A DNA stretch of 64,000 nt from Octopus sinensis. Taxonomy: Eukaryota. Both the position numbers and the translations under genes were made by a program. The stretch's first letter is position 1, and every line of letters starts with the position of its first letter. Positions 28,717-41,207 of the stretch are shown here, one piece after another. The DNA is taken from positions 62,570,464-62,634,463 of the forward strand of contig NC_043011.1 in NCBI RefSeq assembly GCF_006345805.1. The letters run 5' to 3'. The notes under the pieces are model-generated. The model saw only the letters and a list, made by a program, of their open reading frames with translations, ran no database searches and had not been told where the DNA came from.

Positions 28717-28850
28717 TATTGAGGGCATTACTATACATAATGCCACACGCTAGGAGGGACACTTAAGTCTACGTGTTTATTGTTTTGGAAGTTTTGACTT
28801 TAAGAGTCCCTCCTAGCGTGTGGCATTTATGTATAGAAATGCCCTCAATA
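28717..28850. repeat. Fold-back repeat (~52-bp arms)
   Basis: TATTGAGGGCATTACTATACATAATGCCACACGCTAGGAGGGAC / GTCCCTCCTAGCGTGTGGCATTTATGTATAGAAATGCCCTCAATA. Confidence 0.88.
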
Positions 28851-28882
28851 TAATATAATATAATATAATATAATATAATATA

Positions 28883-28945
<63 letters not shown>

Positions 28946-29134
28946 CTTTGACAAGAAAAGAATCGATAGTGATTTCGAAGTTCCAGACAGTTAACTCATT
29001 CCAGATAGTCCGATTGTGACTGAGCTGGCCAAAACTTTGAAGTCACTTTCAATATTACTCTTTCCCCAAAAATTACACTCGGCAGAACAAACGATATATA
29101 TATAATATAAAATATATATCCATATGCACATAGG

Positions 29135-29243
<109 letters not shown>

Positions 29244-29264
29244 CATACATATATATCCATATGC

Positions 29265-29306
<42 letters not shown>

Positions 29307-29410
29307 CATATATATATATATCATATATATATATATTATACATACATACCATACACACACATTTATATGCATATATTCTTGTCAGTTATTTTTCCATTAT
29401 TCCCACAGAC

Positions 29411-29449
<39 letters not shown>

Positions 29450-30196
29450 ACAAACACATATCCACGGCAAATATGCCTCTGTCTAATATTTTTCATAAAT
29501 TCCCTTCGGATGAATTACACTTGTACGCATGTTCTGTCGTTCACTATATTAATTTACAAGGCGCTACTTCACCGTGTACTTCGAACACACTTCTACAATC
29601 ACCCCACCCATCCAATATGTATTCAGATAAGTAACCAAATTAATAACAACAAACCGCATCTTTGTTGCTATGAGATAAGAAATTTCCCATTCAATTCTTT
29701 TCAACAAATAGCTTATTACAAGAAACCAGTCTATTTCTTGGTGTTGTTTCAACTCGAACTTTATCTTGTTATTCTATTCCTATATTCTTTTATTCTATTC
29801 TTGTTATTCTATTCTCATATTCTGTTGTTATTGTTTGTGCCTTGTCGAGCTATGCCCAGCTCATAACGGCTGGTTTTCTGGTTTCTTTGGCGTATATGTT
29901 TCCCTGGACGGAGACGCCGCTCCGTCAGAGGTGAGTTGCTGGTTGCAGGAAAAAAAGGTGAGAGGAATTTGTAGCAAAAGAGTCTGCAAAGGTTCGCCAT
30001 TACCTTCCGCCGGAGGCGAGTGGGGCTTAGATGTTTCGCTCATAAATACACACATCGCCCGGTCTGAGATTCGAAACCATAACCTCTCGACTGCGCCTCC
30101 ACATTCATATATTCTAGTTAAGTTATGTTTTGTCTTTGAGTTATTGAAGAGTGGCCAAGCTGAAGCACTGCATTGCAACGAGTCATCCTAAATTAC

Positions 30197-30341
30197 GTAG
30201 AGTAAAACCGCTTTGCACAGATTGACATTAAACTCTGCTGTTCATGCGAATTACATTTTAACGTTCTAGCTCACTTCCGCTCTTTGGTGCGCGGACACAG
30301 CAGAGTTCAAGGTCAATCTGTGCCAAGCGGTTTCACTCTCC
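30197..30341. repeat. Imperfect fold-back repeat (~45-bp arms)
   Basis: AAACCGCTTTGCACAGATTGACATTAAACTCTGCTGT / ACAGCAGAGTTCAAGGTCAATCTGTGCCAAGCGGTTT. Confidence 0.8.
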
Positions 30342-30446
30342 GTGCTTTAGCTTGGTTACTATAGCAACAATCCGGATATTTATTGATCAGATTACGGATA
30401 AAATTTCCATTTCATTACAAATACGTGTGTACATGTATGTCTGTAC

Positions 30447-30509
<63 letters not shown>

Positions 30510-30520
30510 CTACCAATCTG

Positions 30521-30604
<84 letters not shown>

Positions 30605-30685
30605 CCAATCTGTCTATCTGTCTGTCTATCTATCTATCTGTCTGCCTGTCTGTCTTTCTATCTAACTATCTATCTATCTATCTAG

Positions 30686-30722
<37 letters not shown>

Positions 30723-31014
30723 GGGAGGAAGATGTAAAGTAGAGATATGCACCTAGTGTGCATACGATTCTTTTCGTGCTACACTCACATCTACAGTCGC
30801 TAGATGAATACACATTCAAATACATACACATAAATACACACACAAACACTCACACACATATATATTCATTTACATATAATAGAAATTATGCAAAAACATA
30901 ATGGACAAGAGGAAGATAAAAACATCGGTACAGAAATCGATAGATAAATAAAGATATAAAATTAATTCGTGAGTATATTTATATCTATGTAAATATCCAT
31001 ACATGCATATATAT

Positions 31015-31059
<45 letters not shown>

Positions 31060-31070
31060 TATATTATTAT

Positions 31071-31114
<44 letters not shown>

Positions 31115-31124
31115 ATATATGATA

Positions 31125-31164
<40 letters not shown>

Positions 31165-31847
31165 GTGTGTGTGTGTATGTGTGCTTATATCTATGTGTGT
31201 GTGTGTGTGCATGTATACACAAAATGCACAAATACCCACACATTCTAGTTTGTATTGAGATCTTCGGTATGACGAGCATCACCGCAAAATATTGTTCCGT
31301 TGACAACACGGTATTATGAATTGAAAAAGAAAAGATTCTTTTATATTTCATGAACAGGAATTCTTCATTCGGTTCCTGTTCATGCCGGATATAAGCATAT
31401 ATGAACGAAATGTAGATACGTGTATATATAACGAAATGTCATTGCGATATCTCAGTCTGTGTGTCTCTGGAATAAGTGCAACAATGCTACAAAGAAGCAT
31501 TGGGCATCAGTCTTTCGAATTCTTCAGTTGGAAACGATGTTTTTGTAATTGGTTAGAACGTATTACCGTGTATGGCACCAAATACGTTGGCGATTCCTGT
31601 CAACGTACTTATGTCATTCATTTCGGCGTTGAATACCATTCAAAGTTACAAGGTTACTGATCTCTCAGTTCACGGAAGCCCTAACCATTGACATCCATTC
31701 GTGTCCACAACCCCCCCCACACACACACACGTGAACTTATATACACAATTGAAAGAGCTACTAATAGATTCCTGCTTTTATGATAATTGAATAGGCATAT
31801 TTATAAAATATGACATGCATCTTAAAGGAATCATTCAGGCCCTGTTT

Positions 31848-31878
<31 letters not shown>

Positions 31879-32058
31879 ATTCTCTTTATTTATATATATA
31901 TATATATATATAACTAAATATAAGGCTGTCTGAGAGACACCACCATGCCGAAATGGCAGTCAAATCCCCGGTTCTAAGAACCACCTTAAATGTTCATATC
32001 GCACCATGAGATAAGATATAGGGACAAACTAGACTAGCAAAAAGATATTACTGAATAA

Positions 32059-32115
32059 TTCAAGATCCTGGATTTCTAGCTTTGCTTCAAATAAGCTCTG
32101 CCTTCATCAGTTGCA
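32059..32115 (-). ncRNA. Type I hammerhead-like motif
   Basis: Minus strand reads TGCAA-CTGATGA-A-GGC-AGA-GCTT-ATTTG-AAGC-AAA-GCT-A-GAA-ATC-CAG-GAT-C-TTGAA. AUC site, 3-bp helix III, imperfect helix I. Confidence 0.5.
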
Positions 32116-32251
32116 TATACCAGATGGGCACATAAATACAAATATATATATACAGAACACACGTTATACTTACATATACGAACGTCCATACATACATATA
32201 TATGCACGTATGTACAAGGCCAGTTATATAAATATATATACACTCCTGTCT

Positions 32252-32640
32252 GCAGGAGTGGCTGTGTGGTAAGTAGCTTGCTTACCAACCACATGGTTCC
32301 AGGTTCAGTCCCACTGGGCAAGTGTCTTCTACTATAGCCTCCGGCCGATCAGAGCCATGTGAGTGGATTTGGTAGACGGAAACTGAAAGAAGCCCGTCGT
32401 ATATATGTATATATATATATATATGTATGTGTGTTTTTGTGTGTCTGTGTCTGTCCACCCCAACATCGCTTGACAACCGATGCTGGTGTGTTTACATCCC
32501 CGTAACTTAGCGGTTCGGCAAAAGAGACCGATAGAATAAGTACTAGGCTTACAAAGAATAACTCCTGGGGTCGATTTGCTCGACTAAAGGTGGTGCTCCA
32601 GCGTGGCCGCAGTCAAATGACTGAAACAAGTAAAAGAGTA
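32252..32640 (+). mobile_element. Same CORE-type SINE family
   Basis: Direct match to 21845-22256. Confidence 0.85.
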
Positions 32641-32656
32641 ATATGTATACATACAT

Positions 32657-32701
<45 letters not shown>

Positions 32702-32840
32702 TATAGCTATTTATAAAAAGGTCATCCGTCGTCATCGACGATAACTAAGAGCATGACATGCAAGAAAACGAGGCATAGTGCGTCCGGCTGTGACCAATCA
32801 GTCTGGTTCGTGCTCGGACGGTTCTACCGTAAGAGAGACA

Positions 32841-33088
32841 TTCTCTGCAGAATAGTCTTAATGGTGAAAATGTCAGACCCTTGGATGACGTTAAAGGATA
32901 CCTTGATGAATTCTTTGCCATGAAACCACTTCAAGTCGGGGAAGAGGGTATTTTCAAGTTAAAAGAAAGATGGAGACGCATTGTGCAACAAAATCGTTCA
33001 TATTTGGTTGATTGAAAATGTAATAGCAAGCATTTATTGACCTTTTTCCTTCCTTTAAAGATCGGCACGAAGATTCCGGACAACCCGA
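32841..33088 (+). mobile_element. Mariner 3' fragment with right TIR
   Basis: Translates LQNSLNG...LDEFFAMK...GIFKLKERWRRIVQQNRSYLVD*. Ends TTCCGGACAACCCGA|TA. Confidence 0.85.
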
Positions 33089-33726
33089 TATATATTATGT
33101 ATACATATATATTATGTATACATACCTATATATGTACACACATACACACACACATAAACACACAGATACACACAGACACACACACACACACACATTATAT
33201 ATATATATATATGTATATGTATATATATGTATAATATATATATATATTATATATAATATATATATATATAATGATCACACACAGAAATGTATAGGTATTC
33301 AGCTCCAGTGTGCGATACAAATCGCAGGAAATGTTTTTCCATTAAGAATATACTATTAGAGATAGTTTATCATTTATCACCATTATTTCTTTATTTGGTT
33401 CCTGTTCGTGCAACATATATAGATATTTGAATCCTATGCACATGTGAAGGCCCATGGCTTAGTGGTCAGGCATTCAGCTCACGATCCTAATGTCGTCAGT
33501 TCAATTCAGCTGGCAAAAATGAGTAATACATGTACTTCAAACCGCCAGCTTTGTTACACTCTGTGTCACGAGGAATTTCCCTAAGAACTGCGTTAAGGGT
33601 ACAGGTCTCTATGGAGTGCTCAGCCACTTGCACGTTAATTTAACGAGCAAGCTGTTCCGTTGATCGTATCAGCTTGAACTCTCATCGCTGTAGCCGACGG
33701 AGTACTCCTATTATGCGCAAGCAATT

Positions 33727-33771
<45 letters not shown>

Positions 33772-33774
<3 letters not shown>

Positions 33775-34255
33775 CACGTGATCACATGACCGGCCAGACC
33801 ATCAGATGTTGTTACACATCGCTGGTCACAATGCGTTTGCATTGTTTTAGCCTTCGAATGACGCCACCCCGCTGGCTAAGCGAGCAGGCAATATATACAT
33901 ATACATGTTGATATATATAAATACATGTCTATATACCTATATATATACATTGATTTGTAAATATTATATAAATTTAATATATCCATATCCATATATATGT
34001 ATATATATTATATTTATATTACATATTTTTTTTTTGTACTTGTTTCAGTCATTTGACTGCGGCCATGCTGGAGCACCGCCTTTAGAGTGGTGAAAGAGTA
34101 CAGCAGGGAACACCACCATCCCCTGCCGGAGCCTCGTGGAGCTTTTAGGTGTTTTTTTTCGCTCAATAAACACACACAACGCCCGTCTGGGAATCGAAAC
34201 CGCGATCCTCCGACCGCAAGTCCGCTGCCCTAACCACTAGGCCATTGCGCCTCCA
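33772..34255 (-). mobile_element. Third tRNA-derived SINE family, interrupted by (TA)n and a CORE-SINE tail
   Basis: Head TGGAGGCGCAATGGCCTAGTGG...GGTTTCGATTCCC. Related pieces lie near 29870-30100, 33443-33708, 43400-43712, 56880-57200 and 60325-60682. Confidence 0.72.
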
Positions 34256-34709
34256 AATATATACATTTATATATATATATATTATATATTATACAGATAT
34301 ATATTATATATATACTCATATGTATACACAGAATTAAATAATATACATACGCTTATATATGCACATATAATTTCATATATGTATATATATATAATATATA
34401 TGCATAGAGAGGGAGAGTGAGAGAGAGAGAGAAATACATATATATACATAGATATATAAAATACATAGATATATACATAGAGATATTAAAATATATGTGT
34501 ATATATATGTATAGTATATATATATATAATATATATATGTATATATACATGTATATATATGCATACATAATATATATTATATATATATTTATATATATAT
34601 ATGCATATATGAAATATATATATATGCATATATATATATATATGTATATATAGATATATATATAATATATATAATATTTATATATATATATATATATATA
34701 TATAAAACT

Positions 34710-34875
34710 TATTTGAGACAAAACACTATTTTGCAAAACAAACAAGGAAAGACTTAATCAATACATAAAATTTAATAATAGTCAAATATATACATTTTTG
34801 ACTATTTTATTAATTTTATGTATTGATTAAGTCTTTCCTTGTTTGTTTTGCAAAATAGTGGTTTTGTCTCAAATA
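34710..34875. repeat. Near-perfect ~78-bp-arm hairpin
   Basis: TATTTGAGACAAAAC...ATAGTCAAA / TTTGACTAT...GTTTTGTCTCAAATA with a ~10-nt loop. Confidence 0.9.
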
Positions 34876-35418
34876 ATATTTTATAATATTTACTATAAAA
34901 TTGGATTTAATCCTAAATCTGATTTTTTTTCCCTGTAAATTTGGATATATTCCCTAATATTTATTATTTATATATATATATATATATAATATATGTGTAT
35001 GTGTGTGCTTTGGTCGTTGACATTGAAATAGATGATTTCATGCCTTTATCGTTCTCCATAATGGCTGCAACAATGCAACAAAGAAGAATTGGACAGCAAT
35101 TTATGGAATGTTCCATGCAGAAACGATGTCTTTGTACTCATTTCGAACGTATTACTATACATTGCGCTGCGTAATATGGCGATCCGTATCAAAGCGTTTA
35201 CGTTTTTGATCTCTTCATCATACACACTTGCAAATTTATTGCTGCTTATACATACCTATGTGCTTATTGTGATATGCATACACACACATGCATGTTTGCC
35301 AATATATACAGATATGGCCATACGACTGTGCAAATAAGCCCCCCACCAGACACACATATATAAAACAAGTGATGGACACAGAAAATGGAATATACTACAA
35401 ACCTCATTTACTTTTTTA

Positions 35419-35454
<36 letters not shown>

Positions 35455-35492
35455 TACATATCAATATATGAATCTGTCTGTCTGTCGCTTTG

Positions 35493-35536
<44 letters not shown>

Positions 35537-35697
35537 TTAATATACGTATATTGATATACATATATTGTTATGCATATGTATATAGGTATATAATTATATG
35601 TGTGTAAGTTTATGTATCTATGTGTGTAAACGCATACATACGCACACACTATATATATGCATATATATGCATATAATACATATATATATATATATAC

Positions 35698-35771
<74 letters not shown>

Positions 35772-36946
35772 CATATATAACGCATATGAATATATATGTG
35801 TATGTCTCTGCGAATGTGTTTATTTTCTTCTCTTTCTATTCCCCTCCTCTCTCTCTCTCTCTCCCTAGTTCCCAGTGTGTATATGTCTACGTTCGTTCGT
35901 ATCTGTGTGTGTTTTTATACCTTTACTGTTCAAATCATTGAAAAACCTGGGAAATTTAGAGGTCAAATAGTAATGACACTATACTTTCACAGCAACTCAT
36001 AAATTCTAAGTAAAGTACCTTTAAGCGGAAAATAGTTGATAAAAATCCTTTAGAAATCATGGACCAAGTCTATCGTGCACCGAAAACTTTCAACCGTCGA
36101 ATAAGGAGATTTCCTTAGTATGATGGTGAAAGGAAAACATTTCACGTGTTTATTGAAATGATTGAGAAATATAAGATAAATTCTTATGCACAAGACCGAA
36201 TGAAACTATAATCAGATAATATGTTTTAAAATATAAGTATTTTGGCTAACACAGTCATTCTGCTTCGTCAGACAAGTGATTCCGTTTCTATACAGGATTA
36301 TGTACCTTTCGTTCCATCTAACGAGTATTTCTTTAAAGCTTAGGCGGTATTATGTAAAGCCTTATTTGTATTTAAACAGTGTTTATTTTTTTCAAATTTT
36401 TTTCAAATTTCCTGTGAATTTGCACGGAACAGGGCATATGTATTAACTTCTCGCTTGTACAGATAACAGCTTCTATCTTGGCGGTTAAAAGTTGTCCTTT
36501 CCTTCTAGGTGTAATTGTTATCTCAACCATCTGCTCGCGGCAAGTAAGTTGTTCAATTCCTTTAAGCATTTCTATGCACTTCTGTCAACCTCAAGAAACA
36601 TCTTACTCCATATTTTATGAGCTATTATCTATTTAAAATTTCGTTAGCAATTGAAATGTTTGTAAAATACATACAAATATAAGTGTGTACATAAATACAT
36701 TGCTAATTGAAGGACGAAAGCACAGAATTTATAGAACCAACTTTCTTACCTTGTGGTAGTTTCTCTTATAGCAATTCACAGACACAGAGTTAAGTGCCGG
36801 TGCAGCATCATATAGCTCTCTCAGATACCACACTAGCATCCAAATTTGGATGCAGGCTTCATTATAGGAAAAATAGCAGTAACAATGGAAGTTATTTTGT
36901 CATTTATTTACTAGTTAATATTATGCCTTGTACTAATCTGCTGGTG

Positions 36947-37046
36947 NNNNNNNNNNNNNNNNNNNNNNNNNNNNNNNNNNNNNNNNNNNNNNNNNNNNNN
37001 NNNNNNNNNNNNNNNNNNNNNNNNNNNNNNNNNNNNNNNNNNNNNN
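36947..37046. other. Assembly gap (100 N)
   Basis: Run of exactly 100 N. Confidence 1.
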
Positions 37047-37692
37047 GCGAACCTGAAAGTACGTATAGTACTACTACTACTACTACTACTACTACTAGCA
37101 CAGTGCAAATCTGAAGGTGGACCAACTGTATACTGTATTCTAGTACATACTTACCAGAATATACAACAGCTATATATAAATATATATATATAACGACACA
37201 CACTCACACGCCTGTACACCGATGCGTGTATAACACTGTGCAACACTCAAAAAAGTACAACAGATCTGTGTTCGTCAGATGCACGTGATCATAGACATAC
37301 GTGTGTACGATTAACTCGTTTTGCTTTATGCTTTTTTATTAAGTTACTCGACTGCTTTGGAGCTTTATTTTTCTTTTATTATATTTTACATATTTCCTTA
37401 ATTTCTTACTGGTAGACCTACTACAACCGGCTCCGACGTTTCTAGACATTCACACTTCCATTATTAAAATCTATTTTGGGTATATACAGCATCTGCTTAC
37501 TCGCAAAAGCGTTTTCCTTTTTTACTGTTTGGATCATTCATGAACTGTCATGCATGGACCAATTTGTTTATTCATGTCAAATTTTGATTTGAATATGTAT
37601 ATCTACATATTCGGAGAAATAAAATTAAAAAAAAGACAGGTGGTATAGACAACAAATAGATGTATTAGTATAACGCTCGGGAAGTGAAAAAG

Positions 37693-37730
37693 CCTTTAAC
37701 GTTTTGAGCCTACGCTCTTCAACAGAAAGG
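37693..37730 (-). ncRNA. Hammerhead-like relic with CUGUUGA core (further copies at 51112-51147 + and 56430-56467 -)
   Basis: Minus strand reads CCTTT-CTGTTGA-A-GAGC-GTAG-GCTC-AAAAC-GTT-AAAGG. Helix I is 5 bp and helix II 4 bp; A6 and G12 deviate from consensus. Confidence 0.38.
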
Positions 37731-38159
37731 AACACAGAAAGAAACAAGGAGAGAAAATAAAGAATGTGTAGTGGCCAGCGATCTATCAAGGCGAAGGACG
37801 GATATAAGAGTCACACAGGAGAGCTAGGGTGAAGGGGAGATAACAAAGTGGTGGTAATCCCAAAACGAAGTCCCCCTCCTAATTCTCTCATTCTTCACTC
37901 TCTCCCTCTCATACATACACACATACACACACACACATACATACATACATACATACATACGACAGGCTTCTTTTAGTTTCTGTCAATCAACTCCACTCGA
38001 AAGTCTTCGGTCGGCCCGATGGTATAGTAGAAGACATTTGCACAAGCTACACGAAGTGCCGCTGAACCCAGAATCATGTGGTTGGAAGCAAGCTTCTAAA
38101 CACACATCCACGCCTGCGTCTCAGGCATGCTCACACACACACACACACACACACACACC

Positions 38160-38203
<44 letters not shown>

Positions 38204-38231
38204 TTATAATATATATATATATATGTATATA

Positions 38232-38470
38232 AATATCGTGTACATTAGAACACATTAAGAGGCTTCCAAATAGGAAAGCCTTGTGCTAGAAGAGCAGTAG
38301 AAAACTCAAACCACTAATTATGAATAAATTCTCGAAAGGATGAATTGAAAATAAAACGTTTCCTTTGGAGTATTTATCTATAATTAGTGGTTTGAGTTTT
38401 CTACTGCTCTTTCTAGCACAAGGATTTCCTATTTGGAAGCCTCTTAATGTGTTTTAATGTACACGATATT
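38232..38470. repeat. Fold-back repeat (~95-bp arms) whose ends resemble those of 38680-39166
   Basis: AATATCGTGTACATTAGAACACATTAAGAGGCTTCCAAATAGG / CCTATTTGGAAGCCTCTTAATGTGTTTTAATGTACACGATATT. Confidence 0.88.
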
Positions 38471-38558
38471 TTTATGTGAATAATATATAATCTATTGACA
38501 ATTTTTTGTGCTAAGCCACTGGTAATAGTAAACTCTATAATTCTTATTACCCTAATAT

Positions 38559-38677
<119 letters not shown>

Positions 38678-38781
38678 AGTACATTAAAAGGCCTCCAAAT
38701 AAAGAAGCGAGTGCTAGATACACAGAGGGGATAAATTCATGAAATAGAATGATAATCAAAAACGTTTACCAACTCAGCTAA

Positions 38782-38856
38782 TCTTGTACTGCGGTTTCAT
38801 CTTTTTTTTAGCAAGTGAATAGAATTTATCTGCCAAGGCCAGAATCATCAGCAAGA
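38782..38856 (-). ncRNA. Type I hammerhead ribozyme, left arm of inverted repeat
   Basis: Minus strand reads TCTTG-CTGATGA-(helix II)-GAAAC-CGCA-GTA-CAAGA. Helix I is 5 bp and the core is intact. The first helix II pair is a T-T mismatch. Confidence 0.72.
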
Positions 38857-38991
38857 AGCCTTTTTTACCGGCATCCTCTCTGTTCGCCGGGTATGGTTTG
38901 CGTCTGCGCACTGGTCTGAAAAGTTAGAGTATACAGATCGTTAGATTTGCACGTACTTCTAGCGATATGTAAAGCTTGGATTATAAAGGCT

Positions 38992-39063
38992 TCCTACTGA
39001 CGAGTCTAGCCTTAGCAGATGGATTCTATTCATTTGTAAAAAAGTCGAAACTGCAGTACAGGA
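38992..39063 (+). ncRNA. Type I hammerhead ribozyme, right arm of inverted repeat
   Basis: TCCTA-CTGACGA-G...C-GAAAC-TGCA-GTA-CAGGA. Palindrome ACTGCAGT. An A-C mismatch lies next to the cut site. Confidence 0.72.
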
Positions 39064-39327
39064 TTAGCTGAGATGGTAAACGTTTTTGATCTTCATTCCA
39101 TTTCATGAATTTATCCCCATTTTGTGTATCTAGCACTTGCTCCTTATGGGAAGCATTTTAAATGTATTTATATATGAATAACGTATAGTCAATGACTAAT
39201 TCGTCTTTTGTGCTAGGTCACTGGTAATAATAATTTATTTTATTACCCTATTTACTATGTTTTATATATATATAATATATATGTATGTATATATATATAT
39301 ATATAGATACATGCATGCATACATACG

Positions 39328-39383
<56 letters not shown>

Positions 39384-39569
39384 GTATATAATATATACAT
39401 ATTATGGGGAAAATACATGTGCTTAATACATTAATGCGTCCCCGCATATTATTACATTATTGCTAGTTTTTTATTTAATTAAAATTCATTCATTAGTCTT
39501 TAGTTTGGTAAATTACTTTTGTAAATTTAAGCGATTCAAGTATATTGGTGTCTTCATCTCCAGTCTCTT

Positions 39570-39738
39570 ATGATTACTGTTATCGTCCTCCGGCTACTCC
39601 TCCTTCTCGCCCTCCTACTCCTCCAGCACCTCCTCCTCATCACCATCATCTTCATCATCACCATTATCATTATTATCCTCATCGTTGCTGTTGATTATCA
39701 TCATCATCATCATTATTATTACTGTGATTATTATTATT

Positions 39739-39773
<35 letters not shown>

Positions 39774-40088
39774 TATCATTATTATTATTATTATTACTAT
39801 TATTGGTGTTGTTGTTGTTGTTGTTGTATTCTTACAACTCATTACCCTTACACTCGCTGGTATCGTGTTTTATTGACATTAAATTTTGAATGAAATTCCA
39901 TTTGAAACTTCTTCCCAAGCAACTGCCATTAACTCTCAACGACACGTTTATATATTCTTCTTCTTCTTCTTCATCTTCTTCTTCTTCTTCTTCTTCTTCT
40001 TCTTCTTCTTCTGCTTCTTCTTCTTCTTCTTCTCATCTTATTATGATTATGATTCTTCTTATTATTATAATTATTGTTATTATTATTA

Positions 40089-40124
<36 letters not shown>

Positions 40125-40208
40125 CAGTAGTAGTAGCAATTGTAGTAGTAGCAGTAGTGGTAGTAGTAGGAATGTCATCAACATCATCATCATCATCATC
40201 ATCATCAA

Positions 40209-40241
<33 letters not shown>

Positions 40242-40270
40242 TAGTAGTAGTTGCGGCAGTAGTAGTTACT
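39570..40270. repeat. Compound trinucleotide microsatellite cluster (ATT, CTT, CAT, AGT); representative of many SSR tracts in the window
   Basis: Directly visible. Similar tracts occur at 7200-7530, 12300-12680, 13600-13920, 30450-30720, 40550-40630, 52710-52910 and 63250-63350, plus dozens of (TA)n/(CA)n runs. Confidence 0.97.
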
Positions 40271-40534
40271 ATTTTAGTTTAGTATTAATTCCTGGTTGTC
40301 ATTTTTTGGTAATTTTTAAGTGCTACTCTTTATATTAGCATTATTAGGAGACGAAGCGAAACGGTAAATTATGAATAGAGTCTCACGAGAATCGAATAAA
40401 TTTTAATTGAAATTTTACATCAAGAATCTCCCAAAAGCCAAAATAACAGCACCAGAAATAGAAACCTGAACATACAAGTTCCAGCAGTTGCAACAACAAA
40501 AAACAAGAGCAAAGACAGAGCAAGAAAGGAAAAG

Positions 40535-40634
<100 letters not shown>

Positions 40635-40756
40635 TACAGAAATAAAATTAAGTGAAGCAAACATTGCGATTATTGAAATGAATGCTTCGTATGCAAAAGC
40701 CACAACGAGCGAGATTGTCAAAATATTTTTGTTATAATATATCTCTATCCGAGAAT

Positions 40757-41207
40757 GCGGCGAGCTGGCGGAATCGTTAGCGACGCCGGGCGAAATGCTT
40801 AATGGTATTCGGTCTGCCGCTACCTTCTGAATTCAAATTCCGCCGAGGTCGACTTTGCCTTTCATCCCTTCAGGGTCGATTAAATAAGTACCAGTTACGC
40901 ACTGGGGTCCATATAATCGACTTAATCCGCCTGCCTGTCCTTGTTTGTCTCCTATGTGTTTAGCCCCTTATGGGTAGTAAAGAAATAGGTATTTCGTCTG
41001 CCGTTACGTTCTGAGTTAAAATTCCGCCGAGGTCGTCTTTGCCTTCCATCATTTCGGGGTCGATAAATTAAGTACCAGTTACGCACAGGAGTCGATGTAA
41101 TCGACTTAATCCCTTTGTCTGTCCATGTTTGTCCCCTCTGTGTTTAGCCCCTTGTGGGCAATAAAGAAATAGGTATTTCGTCTGCCGTTACGTTCTGAGT
41201 TCAAATT
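40757..41207 (+). mobile_element. Same Deu/Nin-like SINE, multimeric
   Basis: One head followed by repeated bodies restarting at GGTATTTCGTCTGCC. Other copies lie near 12690-12812, 14545-14770, 18330-18682, 42140-42670, 47878-48060 and 60720-60915. Confidence 0.8.

Larger units (their letters stand above)
38680..39166. repeat. Long imperfect inverted repeat (~190-bp arms), each arm carrying a hammerhead
   Basis: 38680-38870 is the reverse complement of ~38985-39166. Confidence 0.85.

Noticed and set aside
34170-34255. tRNA-like sequences with A and B boxes (also near 1320-1408, 21850-21920, 40757-40850)
   Set aside because: These are heads of multi-copy SINEs continuing into SINE bodies; no complete cloverleaf was seen.
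36509-36543. 35-nt micro-exon candidate with good AG and GTAAGT signals
   Set aside because: It is too short to evaluate and such pairs arise by chance in 64 kb; no linked exons were identified.
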